Source of the DNA: Iphione sp. A-MEVVRFRX5
Lineage: Eukaryota
Length of the DNA: 64,000 bases
Assembly: GCA_976226885.1 (NCBI GenBank)
Contig: OZ320319.1
Location: 22,630,001 to 22,694,000 of the forward strand
Direction of reading: 5' to 3'
Shown piece by piece: positions 48,901-60,436 of the stretch. Position 1 is the first letter of the stretch. Each line of letters begins with the position of its first letter. A model generated the notes under the pieces. It was given only the letters and a program-made list of their open reading frames with translations. It made no database searches and was not told the origin of the DNA. The position numbers were made by a program, and so were the translations under genes.

Positions 48901-51900
48901 TAACGTGTCAAGAGTGCTTATACAGGATAGTTGTAATCAATCCTGCCATCACTCAGTAAGGAACTGTTAATACTTCAATTGAAAAAGTGAAACAACGTGT
49001 CTCTGTACTTTTGTTTTGTAGACTTTTCCTAAAAGCTTGAAATCACATGATGTCTTGGCAATGAAATGACCTTTGACCCAGTACCAGCCTACCATGTGGT
49101 AGACAGGCCGCATAATCTTCCTTCTAGGAGGGGTGGCAAATGCTCGCGTGTACAGCATGGGCATGGAAAAAATGTAATATATTTAGACCATGTAATCTCA
49201 CCCCCTATTCAACCAGGTTCCAGTAAGACAAATAGCCTATGTAGCCTACACCAAATAACTATATAGCCTATATAGTTGTAATTTTCTGTTTCCATATATA
49301 TCTTGATTCCATCATTAGCATTTGCTCTGACAAGCAATTCAGATGATGACGTTAAATACATGTTGACAGCACTAGAAGGATTGCAATCGTAAAAATTCAC
49401 TCTATAATGAAAGAAAACATAACAAGTAATTTGAAGCAAGGTGCAATCTATTTGTAGAACTGACTTCAGTTCCTTATATATAGACCATGTCACCAGTGGA
49501 GGTTGATTCAATGGATAGAGATGCTGCCCTTATTATGTTCTTCACTTGGGTTTCTTTGTGATAGGTAGTATACAACCTTGCGAAGTTCTTTACAGCACAG
49601 TACCACTAGTGTCAGATCCCGCAGTAAGTGTAGTATGGGGGCACTGGATTCTGCTCCAGCCACCACTAGGATGCAATTACATTACACTAGGTATGCGATG
49701 CATGCAACCATCATATATCACTGTAGGATATTTGTCTTTTCCTTCCCCCTCTGCCAGTATGTCATTTATATTCCACAACTATTTTTTTCTTTCTCTCCTC
49801 TAAATTCCTCCCTTTCTTCTGTATTTTTCTTTCCTATTATTTTCAGCAATAATTTCGATCTGTTATTACATTTTACATTTCTCACTTTATATCTCTCTGT
49901 TATCTTATGGAGTATTGGGTTAGACATACTGAATATATTTATATTACTACCTCTTGTCTTTTCCATAAATTCAAGGGTTTGATACATGTAGGCGGGATGT
50001 AAGGGTCATTTATAAACTGCACCGTAACGAACATTATCGCAGTCTATTCCCCTGCAGATACGTATGAAAGGACAAGGGAGTAATCGGGAATGCATGTAAA
50101 TTATGAAATCACATCTAATGTTTCATGATTAGTACTTTATTTAGCTTGATTTCGGCTAATATAAAATTATGTGCTGTATTTTTCCAAATTAATCTCACAT
50201 GTCAGTCACATTGATTACATATTGTACATACGATCTGACCACAATATTGGAGAGAATGAAAAAATATTATCATACAGTGTGTTTCATTGGAGAGAACACA
50301 AAATCATTATCATACAGTGTGTTTTATTCTCAAATAGCACAACGGTATCGCACTAGTATCTCTGTCCATATATACTTTCTCTCACTCTCCTCATGTCCTT
50401 CTCTCGATGAGCTTACCAGAACATTCGAGACAATAAAATATATTATCACATAGTGGTTTTTTTTTAATTCTCAAAGAGTACAACTGTGCTGAACTAGTAT
50501 CTCTGTCCATGCATACATTCTCTCGCTCTGTCAACCTCTCTTTCGCTCCCTCTTCCCGGCGTTCTCTTCCACTCTCCTTTTCCTGTCTCTCTAACCGCTT
50601 TCTTCCTCAGTTCCTGTGGCTGTAACCTGGTTCCCATTTCCACCCAACACGACCTTGACCTTGTCACCAAACCACTACCACTAGAGGTCAGGCTGCTCGC
50701 CCCTGATATGACCTCTGCCAGGCGGGCATTTAGTCGGTCGTTACAGTAATGTGGGCTGCTTTCCCTTGGTTTATCATCACTCTGTACCCCCACCCCCACC
50801 GTTACCGACCCCCTTCACCTACCTCACCCCTCTCTCTAGATCCTTGGGGTCAGGTAGGCCAAGCTATTGACGTTACGAGGTGCCAAATTGACACTAATGA
50901 TCACGCCTGGGGGGAAAGGTATTACCTCCGGGAAGTTGCACCTCTCTGCTCGGTTTTACTCCAGGTCCCCTCTGCCTGTTCCCGAATACTAACCTCAGTC
51001 CTTCCATTCTGCCCTTTGGGCAGAGCAGCTTTTGTCCTTGCTTTCATTGCCAGTGTTCTGTTTCTACCATGAACTCCTAGCGTGTGTTCTTTCCTTTCGA
51101 TCTCTCATGTCTTGCTTGTTTTTTTTTCACTGAATTAACTCCACACTGTTCCCACCCTTACGCCAGTCCATTTTCCCGTTTCCTTTGGGAAGTACGACAT
51201 TTCACAGTTTGCTTTTATTCTAGGTCTGTTCTCTTTAGTTCTGTAATCCCAGCCTGATCCTCGCTGCATTCCCTACGGCAGCTACACCTCTCCGGTTGGT
51301 TGTTTTTGTTTCCCCAACTTTTTTCGCACTCGTATAAGCTTATTTGCTAATCCCTTCACATATTCACATTTTGTTGCTTTCTTTTACTCCTCGGCTCCCT
51401 TTTCTCACATCGTTGACATATTGCATTATCGATAGTTGGGGGTTAGTAATATCCTTGCTTGTGATGATTCTTATCTTTTTAGTACTAGCTAACTGACAGT
51501 CACTATTGTAAGGAATGTGTGCAATCCATCGTATATGACGACTTCTTTAGTGGCAAAATACGAACCACTTTAGGACCAGACTTTAATTCTTAAACAACAT
51601 ATTTTGTCAGTTTAGTTGTTTGGGGTTTACTAGAGATTTTGTGTAAATGTCCTATGATAGATGAATATACATGTACATATATGTATATATATATTCCTCG
51701 TAAAAGATACGATAAAATGAAATGAAATGTCATTCTGTGTATATGTCACGGTACACGCATAAAATTTATGATGGATTCACTATGTCATTCACTATGTACT
51801 GACATCATTTACTATACATTCCGATTTCCTAAAGAAAACTGAAAAAGTTCAAATTAAGGAAGGATAATGGGTCAGCGTAAGGCTATGGAGGCGATCAGCC

Positions 51901-53974
51901 ATAGTGAATGAGACTTAGGCGAAAGGGGAGTAAACAGAGGATGGGGGAATAAGAGGATCAGCAAATCGAAGGGAGGATAATTGGGAAAGGACCCAGTGAA
52001 TATCAGTAAGTGTAAGGAAAGCGAACCATGGATCGAGAGGGTACTGAAGGTCCAACCGACGGACATTACCTATAAGGACATACGTTGGGTGTCGGGGGTG
52101 TGGGGGTGGGGGGCAGTGAATGACAATAGGCAGTGGGAGGAGGGCGACTGTGTGTCGCGAGTGGCGTATGAAATCTCTAGGTGAAAGTTCTCAAAGTGAT
52201 GGACGGTCGGCAGCACCGGCGCCCATCCCGGCGTCCTGATTGGCTGAGGTCTCGGCCTTCCATTAACGATACCATTCAATGAGATCGCGTTTTACTTGGG
52301 CGGAATATTACATTACGTTGCTGCTTTTAAATCTCACTAATTGCCAGCATAGTGGTCGGTATTTCTTCTGAGGTCTTGCACCCGACATGGACGGGAGAAA
52401 AGTTCTAGGCTAAGATGATAAAAAGGGAGACAACGGCCTCAAATAGTGAATTGCGTGCAATCTAGGAAGTGACTTTTCAAATCAGAGGGAGGTCATAATG
52501 TCAGATGACTGAAAACAGTTCAGAAGAATTAAGGGTATCGTTTGGCATCTTAGAACGAATTCATTTCCTTCCTCGAAGATGAACATGGGGATAAGAACCA
52601 ACTAAGAGCAGAGAGAGCTAAGAGAAAAGGTGCGGAAGACATTGTACCGGAATATACAGAGATTGTGAGCTATTCAACGAGGAGTGAAGAGGGAAGGATA
52701 AGTGAATTATGGTCAGGAGGGAGAGGGGTGCGGATAAGACGGGCGACAGTAGAATGGGAGATAGAGGTGTTGTAGGAGCAAGAAAAGCAAGCGGGAGAAA
52801 AGGAGCAAAATGTTTTCCGACATCAAAGGCTGCAAAATGAGTTAATCAAAGCGGGTAGGTAGACAGAGAAGAAGGAAAAAGTAGAATCCATGAGTACCTT
52901 ATAACGAAAAGGTTTGGTCTGATCCGCAGATATGGAAATGCCATGGTAGACAGAGGCAGACAGAGACAGACAGACCAGAAGTAGAGAAGAAATCACGCAG
53001 GGGGGGGGGGGGTGGCAAACAGCCAACCAGACACGTCAGTCCCATGGCAGCTGCCCTTCTTGTTAATATAGGTGGCGCCACTGAGTCTAGCGACACGCCG
53101 TCTGACGACGGTTAAAAACACCTCATTTGTCAGGGTTCACGTGACTCCCTCTAGCGGGGGGCAACTCAATTATGACGTACAAGAAGGCGAATCTCGGGAG
53201 ATCAACGAGAACGCGAGCTCCGCGCCAGAGGTGCATTCTGATTGGTCCCCACACCGGAATTCCTCCCATTATCGCACACTTTGTCTCCAAGGCAACCCGG
53301 AGAGGACCGGTCCTTTTGAATTTTTGGGAGCCTTCTTGCGGACGCTTCAGACTAGATAGTTAGGATCTTTGTTGTTTGGGATCTTACTCTGTAGACGTAG
53401 AGAACACGATAAGGAATTGTTTTGTCTCCCTTGCTGAATCGTTTTGGGAGAAGGGACCACAGCTAGGGAATTAAATCCTCTAGAGAACCACTGTTAAGAA
53501 CATCTAGAGGCTTTACCCAGTCCTGGGGCGAATTCAGTCTATCCAACCAGCACGCACAGGTTTTCCAAATTTGAACATGGAAGGAAGTGAAAATATGCCA
53601 AAGACTAGGTTGTACTATTCTAAATGTAAATCAAATATATCACACATTGTCGGTTGTTGAATACTCATATTCTACTACAAAAAAAACTGCGAAACCTTTC
53701 ATAGAACTATGGTGGAGAAGCAATTTTATTCTGTTGTGGAGCCTTTGGTTAGTTAGGGACACGTGTATGTCCTGCCACTTATAGATCCACACATTTTCTA
53801 ATGCCGCATCTCACATTAATGGATTCACCGGTCAACCATTGCCCTTTAGATTTTTTTTACAAACTATGTAGTCACGCTAGACGGCAATTAAACAGGTAAC
53901 TACCTCCCGGCTTGACTTCTTAAAACCGTCCCGAAATTTAAATTTCATTCGTGCTCTACCACGGTAAAAATACC

Positions 53975-54033
53975 CTGCCATCTAGTGGAAGCGTTCTGTA
54001 TCAAGCTGTCTACTGACATCAAGCGCCATCTAC
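53975..54033 (-). promoter_or_regulatory. Tandem CTCF-like motifs
   Basis: Minus strand has CCACTAGATGGCAG (53975-53988) and GTAGATGGCGC (54023-54033). Motif match only. Confidence 0.35.
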
Positions 54034-55755
54034 AGCCCAAACTAGAACTGTCTATGAATTTCATACAACAGACGGCGCCAGCATTGCAGTAGGCATGTAT
54101 ACTGTGTGCAGGCGTGTGTATATGTGTATTGTCTTGCATTTTTTTTATCAATAGGCCTGAAGACCATGGAATCTAGATTGTCCGTAGAAATTACAGGAAA
54201 GATAGAAGATCATTTGACGCACACCATTACAAAATAGCCGATGTATTCCACATGCAGCGCATGCCGGGTTAAGAATTATCATTGCCCTCCATCAGACAAT
54301 GTTCAGGTTTATCTGTGCAACCTTGCTTTATCAAAATATCAATAGAAACGTCTACGCAGCAGCTTGAGCCAGCCGCTTGTCATCTAGGAGACAGTAGACA
54401 ACGCGGCCCTGTGTTAACGATAGTCCAAAGGCCAGACCGTGGAGTAGACTAGTACAATGGGACCTGTGATGTAACTGAAGGCTTTTAGTACTGGTATCAG
54501 CTCTGTAGACCTAGCTACATCGTATATACATGGAGATACTTATCATTTTAATTCTTTTATTTTTCCGGAGTTGCTTCCTCGCTTGGAGTTAGCTACATGT
54601 ATTTACCTGCAGTAGTTTTAATTCAGGGTCATCTTATCAAACCTTACCTTTATCATGGGATAACATAAGACCATGGCTTAATAGCATATCTGTGATATAC
54701 GTTATACAGTAGTGTCTCTTTATCCGGTAATCTGTGTTCTGTTATTTTAGTCAGATAAATCGACATATAGTAGATATGAAAGTACAGAGAAAACAATATG
54801 TTCCATCAACAGATATAGGTATTCTAAATCTCTGGAAACTGAGATTTCCCTTCATTTCTGAGGCTATGTATTAGCACCTAAAGATATTACATTCCATAAA
54901 AAAACATGTGATAAGTTAATCCTTACTCTTTACAGGATTTACTGATGACATTTATAAACGATTAGGTGAACTGCAAGTCACTGAACCAATTCTTACAGTT
55001 CGTATGCGTGTCCTTCCCCATATAATATTTAAATATAATAAATATATACAATTGTGCAACAACAAAATCATTTACTCAAACATAATTAATAAGCATGTGT
55101 ACATAGAGCTTCTTATAGATGTATCAGAGATATTAGATATATCAAGCGCTAACTAATGATATTTCCTTTATGGTGTACGAAGGACGACACTAAGACTACT
55201 TAAAAAAAAGGAACAATCTTCTATTCAATTCACGAGAAAAACATATCTTACCGGCCGACTAACATAATTATGTCTGTCATAGACATTTACAGGTGATTTA
55301 TTCCACATCGTTTGCACGTTTCTTCATTGCATTTGGCACCTATCACAGTCTTTGCATGCAACGTGTTATATATCACTTCATTCCGTAATATTGACACGAC
55401 ACATTGTAAATACTTCTATACAGTTACATAGGTAAATGGGCAGTTCATAACTACGTGTACATGTATACATGATCATTTCATCATTGACAATGATGTAATC
55501 CTTCCTGTAATACATATCAGTAAGGCATCTGTTATCTATCAGTTGACTGCACATATATACATAGATATATATTTATACATGTATATCATAGGTGCAATTA
55601 GCCACAATTACCCGATCCTAAGCCAGTTAATTCTACAGGGATCAGAATGAATTGGGCAGCAACCATCCTCGTACTGTTTGAAGGTTTGCTGAGAACACCC
55701 TTGTTCTTTACTTAAATTGTCCTATTTGAGACGTGTCCCTATTAGAGACTTTAAG

Positions 55756-55779
55756 ATATATATATATATATATATATAT
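55756..55779. repeat. (AT)n microsatellite
   Basis: Visible run. Confidence 0.9.
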
Positions 55780-56326
55780 CGAAAAGCGTCATAGTCTTCC
55801 AAAAAGTGACTGCACTTTAGGTATGTCCCTCTTGGATATCCTAGGGTGACTTTGGACGATTGGGTTGTGTATACCCACTATTGTTATTGTGAATACGCAC
55901 TTTTCTGTGAAGTATATACCCTGACCTGTATGACTAAAGTATTTATCATGTACCCCTTATAACTTTCAATATTTTATAGTCAGCATAAGTTGTTGATAAC
56001 CTTACTCTTTAGGCTCATCACATGCCCATTACATTAATTTCAAATATTTCTTTCATAAACTACAAAACAACATGTACTTTTATGATGTTCTGGCACTAAT
56101 AGTAATGATAAAATATTCAATGGTTTTCTTCTATGTCGATAATAATGACATTTTTTTAAACTGTTTCCCCAATTCTGTGATATTTCATCTTTACATTACA
56201 TCCTCAGGTGCAACTCATAAGATATTATGTATATGGATGTTTCAATCTAGCCCATCAAATCCTATGCTGCAGTAGCAATGTCCTTTAATGCATCACATCA
56301 GGACAATGTCACTGTCCCTCCTTTTT

Positions 56327-56532
56327 TTAATTCATGGTGAAGAATCCCACATATCGTGCGAACTGCGAATTGATGTTGATAACACATTCACATCCCATTC
56401 GGACTGCACGGTCAATGGTAAACCATTCATCAACAATGACCAATTCTCCATTCTTCAGGCCCAGTGCACAGTAGCCATCTTTTTTCTTCAGCAACTGCAT
56501 AGGGATAATCTTCTGCTTGCAAATCCCGTGTG
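56327..56532 (-). CDS. Noggin/Trunk-like cystine-knot gene, last coding exon (5 of 5)
   Basis: Acceptor tttcttttacag, phase 1. Encodes (P)HGICKQKIIPMQLLKKKDGYCALGLKNGELVIVDEWFTIDRAVRMGCECVINI...MN*, a C-x-C cystine-knot end. Confidence 0.88.
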
Positions 56533-57425
56533 CTGTAAAAGAAATGTAATGTAATGCTTAGGAAGATGATAGCTTCTAAAGGTACTGCTTTTGAAAAGTG
56601 TTACTAGGCATACTGAATCAAGGACTGATTTTACCATTTGAAAGATCTAAATCATCTGAACCCATGGTATGTAGCATATTAGTTGTTACCTCAACGTTTG
56701 GGCAACGATCATATTATGAAGTTTACCATTCTTTCTGCTACTTGATAGGAATTTATGATTAGACACACGCAACCATTAGATACCCACGGGTGTTCCATAG
56801 GTTCATTCTCACATGCTACCAAAATCATGGTGTTTATAGATAAGATACTAAATATGTTTTTCATTTATATGAATGTATCAATGCAGGAATTTACCATTGA
56901 TGTTACTTCGTATGTACCAACTTAGTATATTGCGTACCATTATTTTTTTTAAACTACGAACAAAAATGTTGGAACATTTATAATTGAAAATGGGAAGTCC
57001 AGTGTCTTCCTTACAACAGTTCCATACAACATATGTTATAGCTACAGAAATCCAGATCATACATGCACGATGCCATTACTTTGTTTCTATGTGTACCATC
57101 CCTACGTTCTTGCTGTCCATTTTATCCCTGAGTGCTATGTAGACGGAATAATTCAGCAGTTAGCAGCTTTTTGTTAAATATTTATCATATCAATCTTTTG
57201 TCATATATGTGTTATGCTATGGCGTTTGTTGTAAGCGGTTTAATTTCCCATCAGCTTGGTTTACATGATCACTTTGGTAATGTTGGGCTTTGCTTAAATG
57301 TTTTTCATGCTAAACCTTCTAAAACGTTTGCCATTATTGGTGCAACACGTTTCTTTTTTAACCGAGACCCCGACTTCTATGATGTAGAGTGCAATTTTCA
57401 AAACAAATAATAGTTAAATACTTAC

Positions 57426-57605
57426 GTATGTCATCGACAATGAAACAAAACGGGTCCGCCTCCAGACATTGGGCCTCATTTATTATTGCAGGCCAGTAAT
57501 TGTCGCCGAGATTTGTGGTGGCTGAACACGTGGTACACATGTACAGATGTGTGTTCTCCTGGGTTTTCGTACCACGTGGTACACACATCTCGAGGTTTGA
57601 CGTAG
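57426..57605 (-). CDS. Noggin/Trunk-like gene, coding exon 4
   Basis: Acceptor ttctccttttcttctttag, donor gtaagt, 180 bp, phase 1-1. Encodes CVPRG...MCTTCSATTNLGDNYWPAIINEAQCLEADPFCF. Confidence 0.9.
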
Positions 57606-58186
57606 CTAAAGAAGAAAAGGAGAAACGATCAATGTAATGTGGCAGGCAGTGGATATAGGGCACCAAGGTAGGAACAGCAAGATAGAAAAGCATGTCGATG
57701 TGAGAGTTAACACGCTCCAGAAATCATTATAAATGGAATAAAATAGAAATATCCTGGACAATCACTCAGAAAGGGGTGAGAACAAATGATAACAAGTAAA
57801 TAACTAAGTGGCTAAGATGTGCAGGGAACAGACATTCAAATATCGCACGAAGGGATCAGAAAGAGAAAGAGAAGCCCCGGAACAAAACAGTATGAGAGCA
57901 GCCAGATTTTACAAATTTAATGTCATAGCAGGGCAGAGGGTAGTTCGGAATTAGACATACAGAGGATAACAGAGGAATAGAGAGCCAGTAGTATGGTAAG
58001 AGGAGAATGTTGGCCAAGATTAAAGACATCGTCTGTACGACTGTGTAACAGAGTGAAAGTTCGATGGTAACATTGAAGAGAGAAAGGTAACAGCATATTT
58101 ATTTCATATTCGAACATGACGATAATGTCTAAATCCTGAACTTTTACGCGATCGTGTCGACTGTAGTTCCCTAGTATGATACAGAC

Positions 58187-58445
58187 CTAATTCACTGTCT
58201 TTGATAGTCCTAGGCAGACCGATCTCCTCCGGTAGGACGAATGGTCTTTCCTGGAAAGGAGTCACACTCGGATTGCCAGCCTTGACTGTGTCTTCCTCTT
58301 TGGGAGGAACTCCCTTCTCAGTGTTCTCCTTAGGTTTGCCGGTTGTCGCTTCCCTCACCAGGTGTAGCAGTGAAGCCTTCAATGGGGGTTGTTTCTTATC
58401 GTCTCCCTTCCAGTTGGGTTTCCACTTCGGATCAAGTTTCTTATC
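58187..58445 (-). CDS. Noggin/Trunk-like gene, coding exon 3 (3' boundary uncertain)
   Basis: Acceptor cgtatttttag, phase 0, DKKLDPKWKPNWKG... The phase-1 donor I favour is a weak TAG|gtctgt; alternative phase-1 GT sites lie further downstream. Confidence 0.65.
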
Positions 58446-58844
58446 CTAAAAATACGAAACACATTCTACTTTATCAGACAGGAAACACATTATTTCGTTA
58501 TACAGCCAAGTCCCAGGTTCCAACTGTCTTATGTGTCGGTTCAAATTGGTACTTAGCATTTATAAACTTGTCGGACTATTGAATTCCTGTTATCTGCAAG
58601 AACTATCAAGCTTGTGGCAATTCAAACAGGAGGGCAACTCCGAAATAAGGGCTTCAACAGTTTATATTCCATAATATAACCACCTTAGATAGTAGGGTTA
58701 AACATTGTCTGGTTCTATTGATGGTTCTAATTCTCAGTTGCTACTATAAAGGTCACTTTGCAGATGGTTCTTTACCTCTATAATTGTTCCATTGTATGCA
58801 TAGTCACTAGATTTACCCTTCAAAAGCAGCAACTAGCTACTCAC

Positions 58845-59119
58845 AACATAATTGTAGTCTACATTAAGTAGAGATGGAAATGTCTCCTGTGCAGTCTTCA
58901 GGTCTTTCGCCATGTACTCCTTGATAAATTTGCCTCCCTTCATTTCCAGTATGGACAACTTGTCATCATCGGTCAAAGGGTGGAATCGGTACTTCTGCCG
59001 ATCGTTGTTGTTGATGCTTTTACACGGCACCGTTGTGTTCCTGATGATGGTAAATCCAAATTTGTTGATCAGCAACTGATCGACTGACGGGCCCTTGACA
59101 TCATAGCTGTCTTCCTGCC
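58845..59119 (-). CDS. Noggin/Trunk-like gene, coding exon 2
   Basis: Acceptor ttatttttattcaaacag, donor gtgagt, 275 bp, phase 1-0. Contains LSILEMKGGKFIKEYMAKD, resembling the Noggin/Trunk N-terminal L...LG..F...YM motif. Confidence 0.82.
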
Positions 59120-59896
59120 CTGTTTGAATAAAAATAACACGTAGATCGATTATACAAAGAAATCCATGACAGAAACGTGAGATTTTTGTTATCCGCACTG
59201 CATTTTTGAAAGTAGAGGAAAGCATTCGGGTGGACTTTCCAAGTAGAAGTATATCACTCAGGCGCAGGCAGTGCTGAAAACAAAATGTCATAATTAAGGC
59301 AGCTCATCTAGGTTACTCTAGACACTATAGAATAAGGCATGTACTGTAGGGTTGATTGTGATATCACCACTAACAGTTCATATTTTTATGTAGTCTGTTA
59401 GACGTGTGGTCAATAATGGCGGTGGCACCACGGCCAAACTTGTACAAAAGTGTACTTGTTGAACCTGGGTCTTTCTCAAGGTGACCTTCTCCTGTTATCT
59501 CCTGTCCAGAACATTCTATTTATCGAAACCAACAGGAACATTGTAGCAGATATATTTATAGCACCTGGTTGCAACACTCTAGCTAAGCTATATGTATTTT
59601 TAGAATGTGGAAAGGAACACTGTAACAATTTCCTTCCAAAGTCAGTCACTAAGTTGCATAGCTAGTTGGTCATTTGACCTTTATCCGACTAGTAATTATG
59701 TGATAATACCCACAGGTGTGAGAGATGAGCGTGACCACTTCAGTCAAGTATTAAAGGAAGAGGCTGAAGGGGTGAGCGCCTTTAAAGGGACAGCTTAGAG
59801 GTGTGGGAAAGAGACGTAGCCACTTAAATTGAGCATTATGTTGGAGGAAAACAATGCTCGGAGGTGTGAGGGATAGAGTGAGATTCACACTGACTG

Positions 59897-60050
59897 CAAC
59901 TCAGATGTTTATTCCTCAAACTCACTATAACTCAGGTTTTTACTGCTCAAAGTCACTATAACTCAGGTTTTTACATCTTAAATTCACTATAACTCTGGGT
60001 TTTACTCCTTAAACTCACCATGACTGAGGTATTTACTGTTCAAACTCATC
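59897..60050. repeat. 31-bp minisatellite (~5 copies) in an intron
   Basis: Unit aaactcactataactcaggtttttactgctc. Confidence 0.9.
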
Positions 60051-60375
60051 ACAAATCTCTCCCTCTTTGTGTGGTGTGTGTTTGTGTGTGTCTGTGCCAT
60101 GAGTTAACTACAGATTGGCCTTAGGCCATAAAATCTTGGATCGGTAAGCACCTCAAATGGAACACCCAGAACCAACGGTGTCCCTATTAGAAAGGTACCA
60201 CTGTACTGTTATTTTTAGATATAAATATACTGTGCATAAATATGGTACAAGATTTTAATATAAATTATAGTTTTTATCTCCAATGTTATTTTCATTTATC
60301 TTGATATATCGATGTACGTTATTTGATCAATGGACACTGCCATATCATCGTGATTGATCATACAAATTGTCTTAC

Positions 60376-60436
60376 CTTGAACACCACCGGTGCTCAAGAG
60401 CACCAGTAACACGTGAAGAACTAGCTGACTTGTCAT
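60376..60436 (-). CDS. Noggin/Trunk-like gene, coding exon 1 (signal peptide)
   Basis: MTSQLVLHVLLVLLSTGGVQ(G), donor AAG|gtaaga in phase 1. An acceptor (tttcgtttatctttcag) 8 nt before the ATG implies an upstream non-coding exon. The five exons total 981 nt, i.e. 326 aa plus stop. Confidence 0.85.

Noticed and set aside
46978-51072. Hydrophobic F/L/S-rich ORFs resembling membrane proteins
   Set aside because: They arise from pyrimidine-rich low-complexity DNA.
53128-53644. Possible solo LTR (TGT...ACA with CATT on both sides)
   Set aside because: A 4-bp match can occur by chance; termini are not convincingly inverted and no second copy is present.
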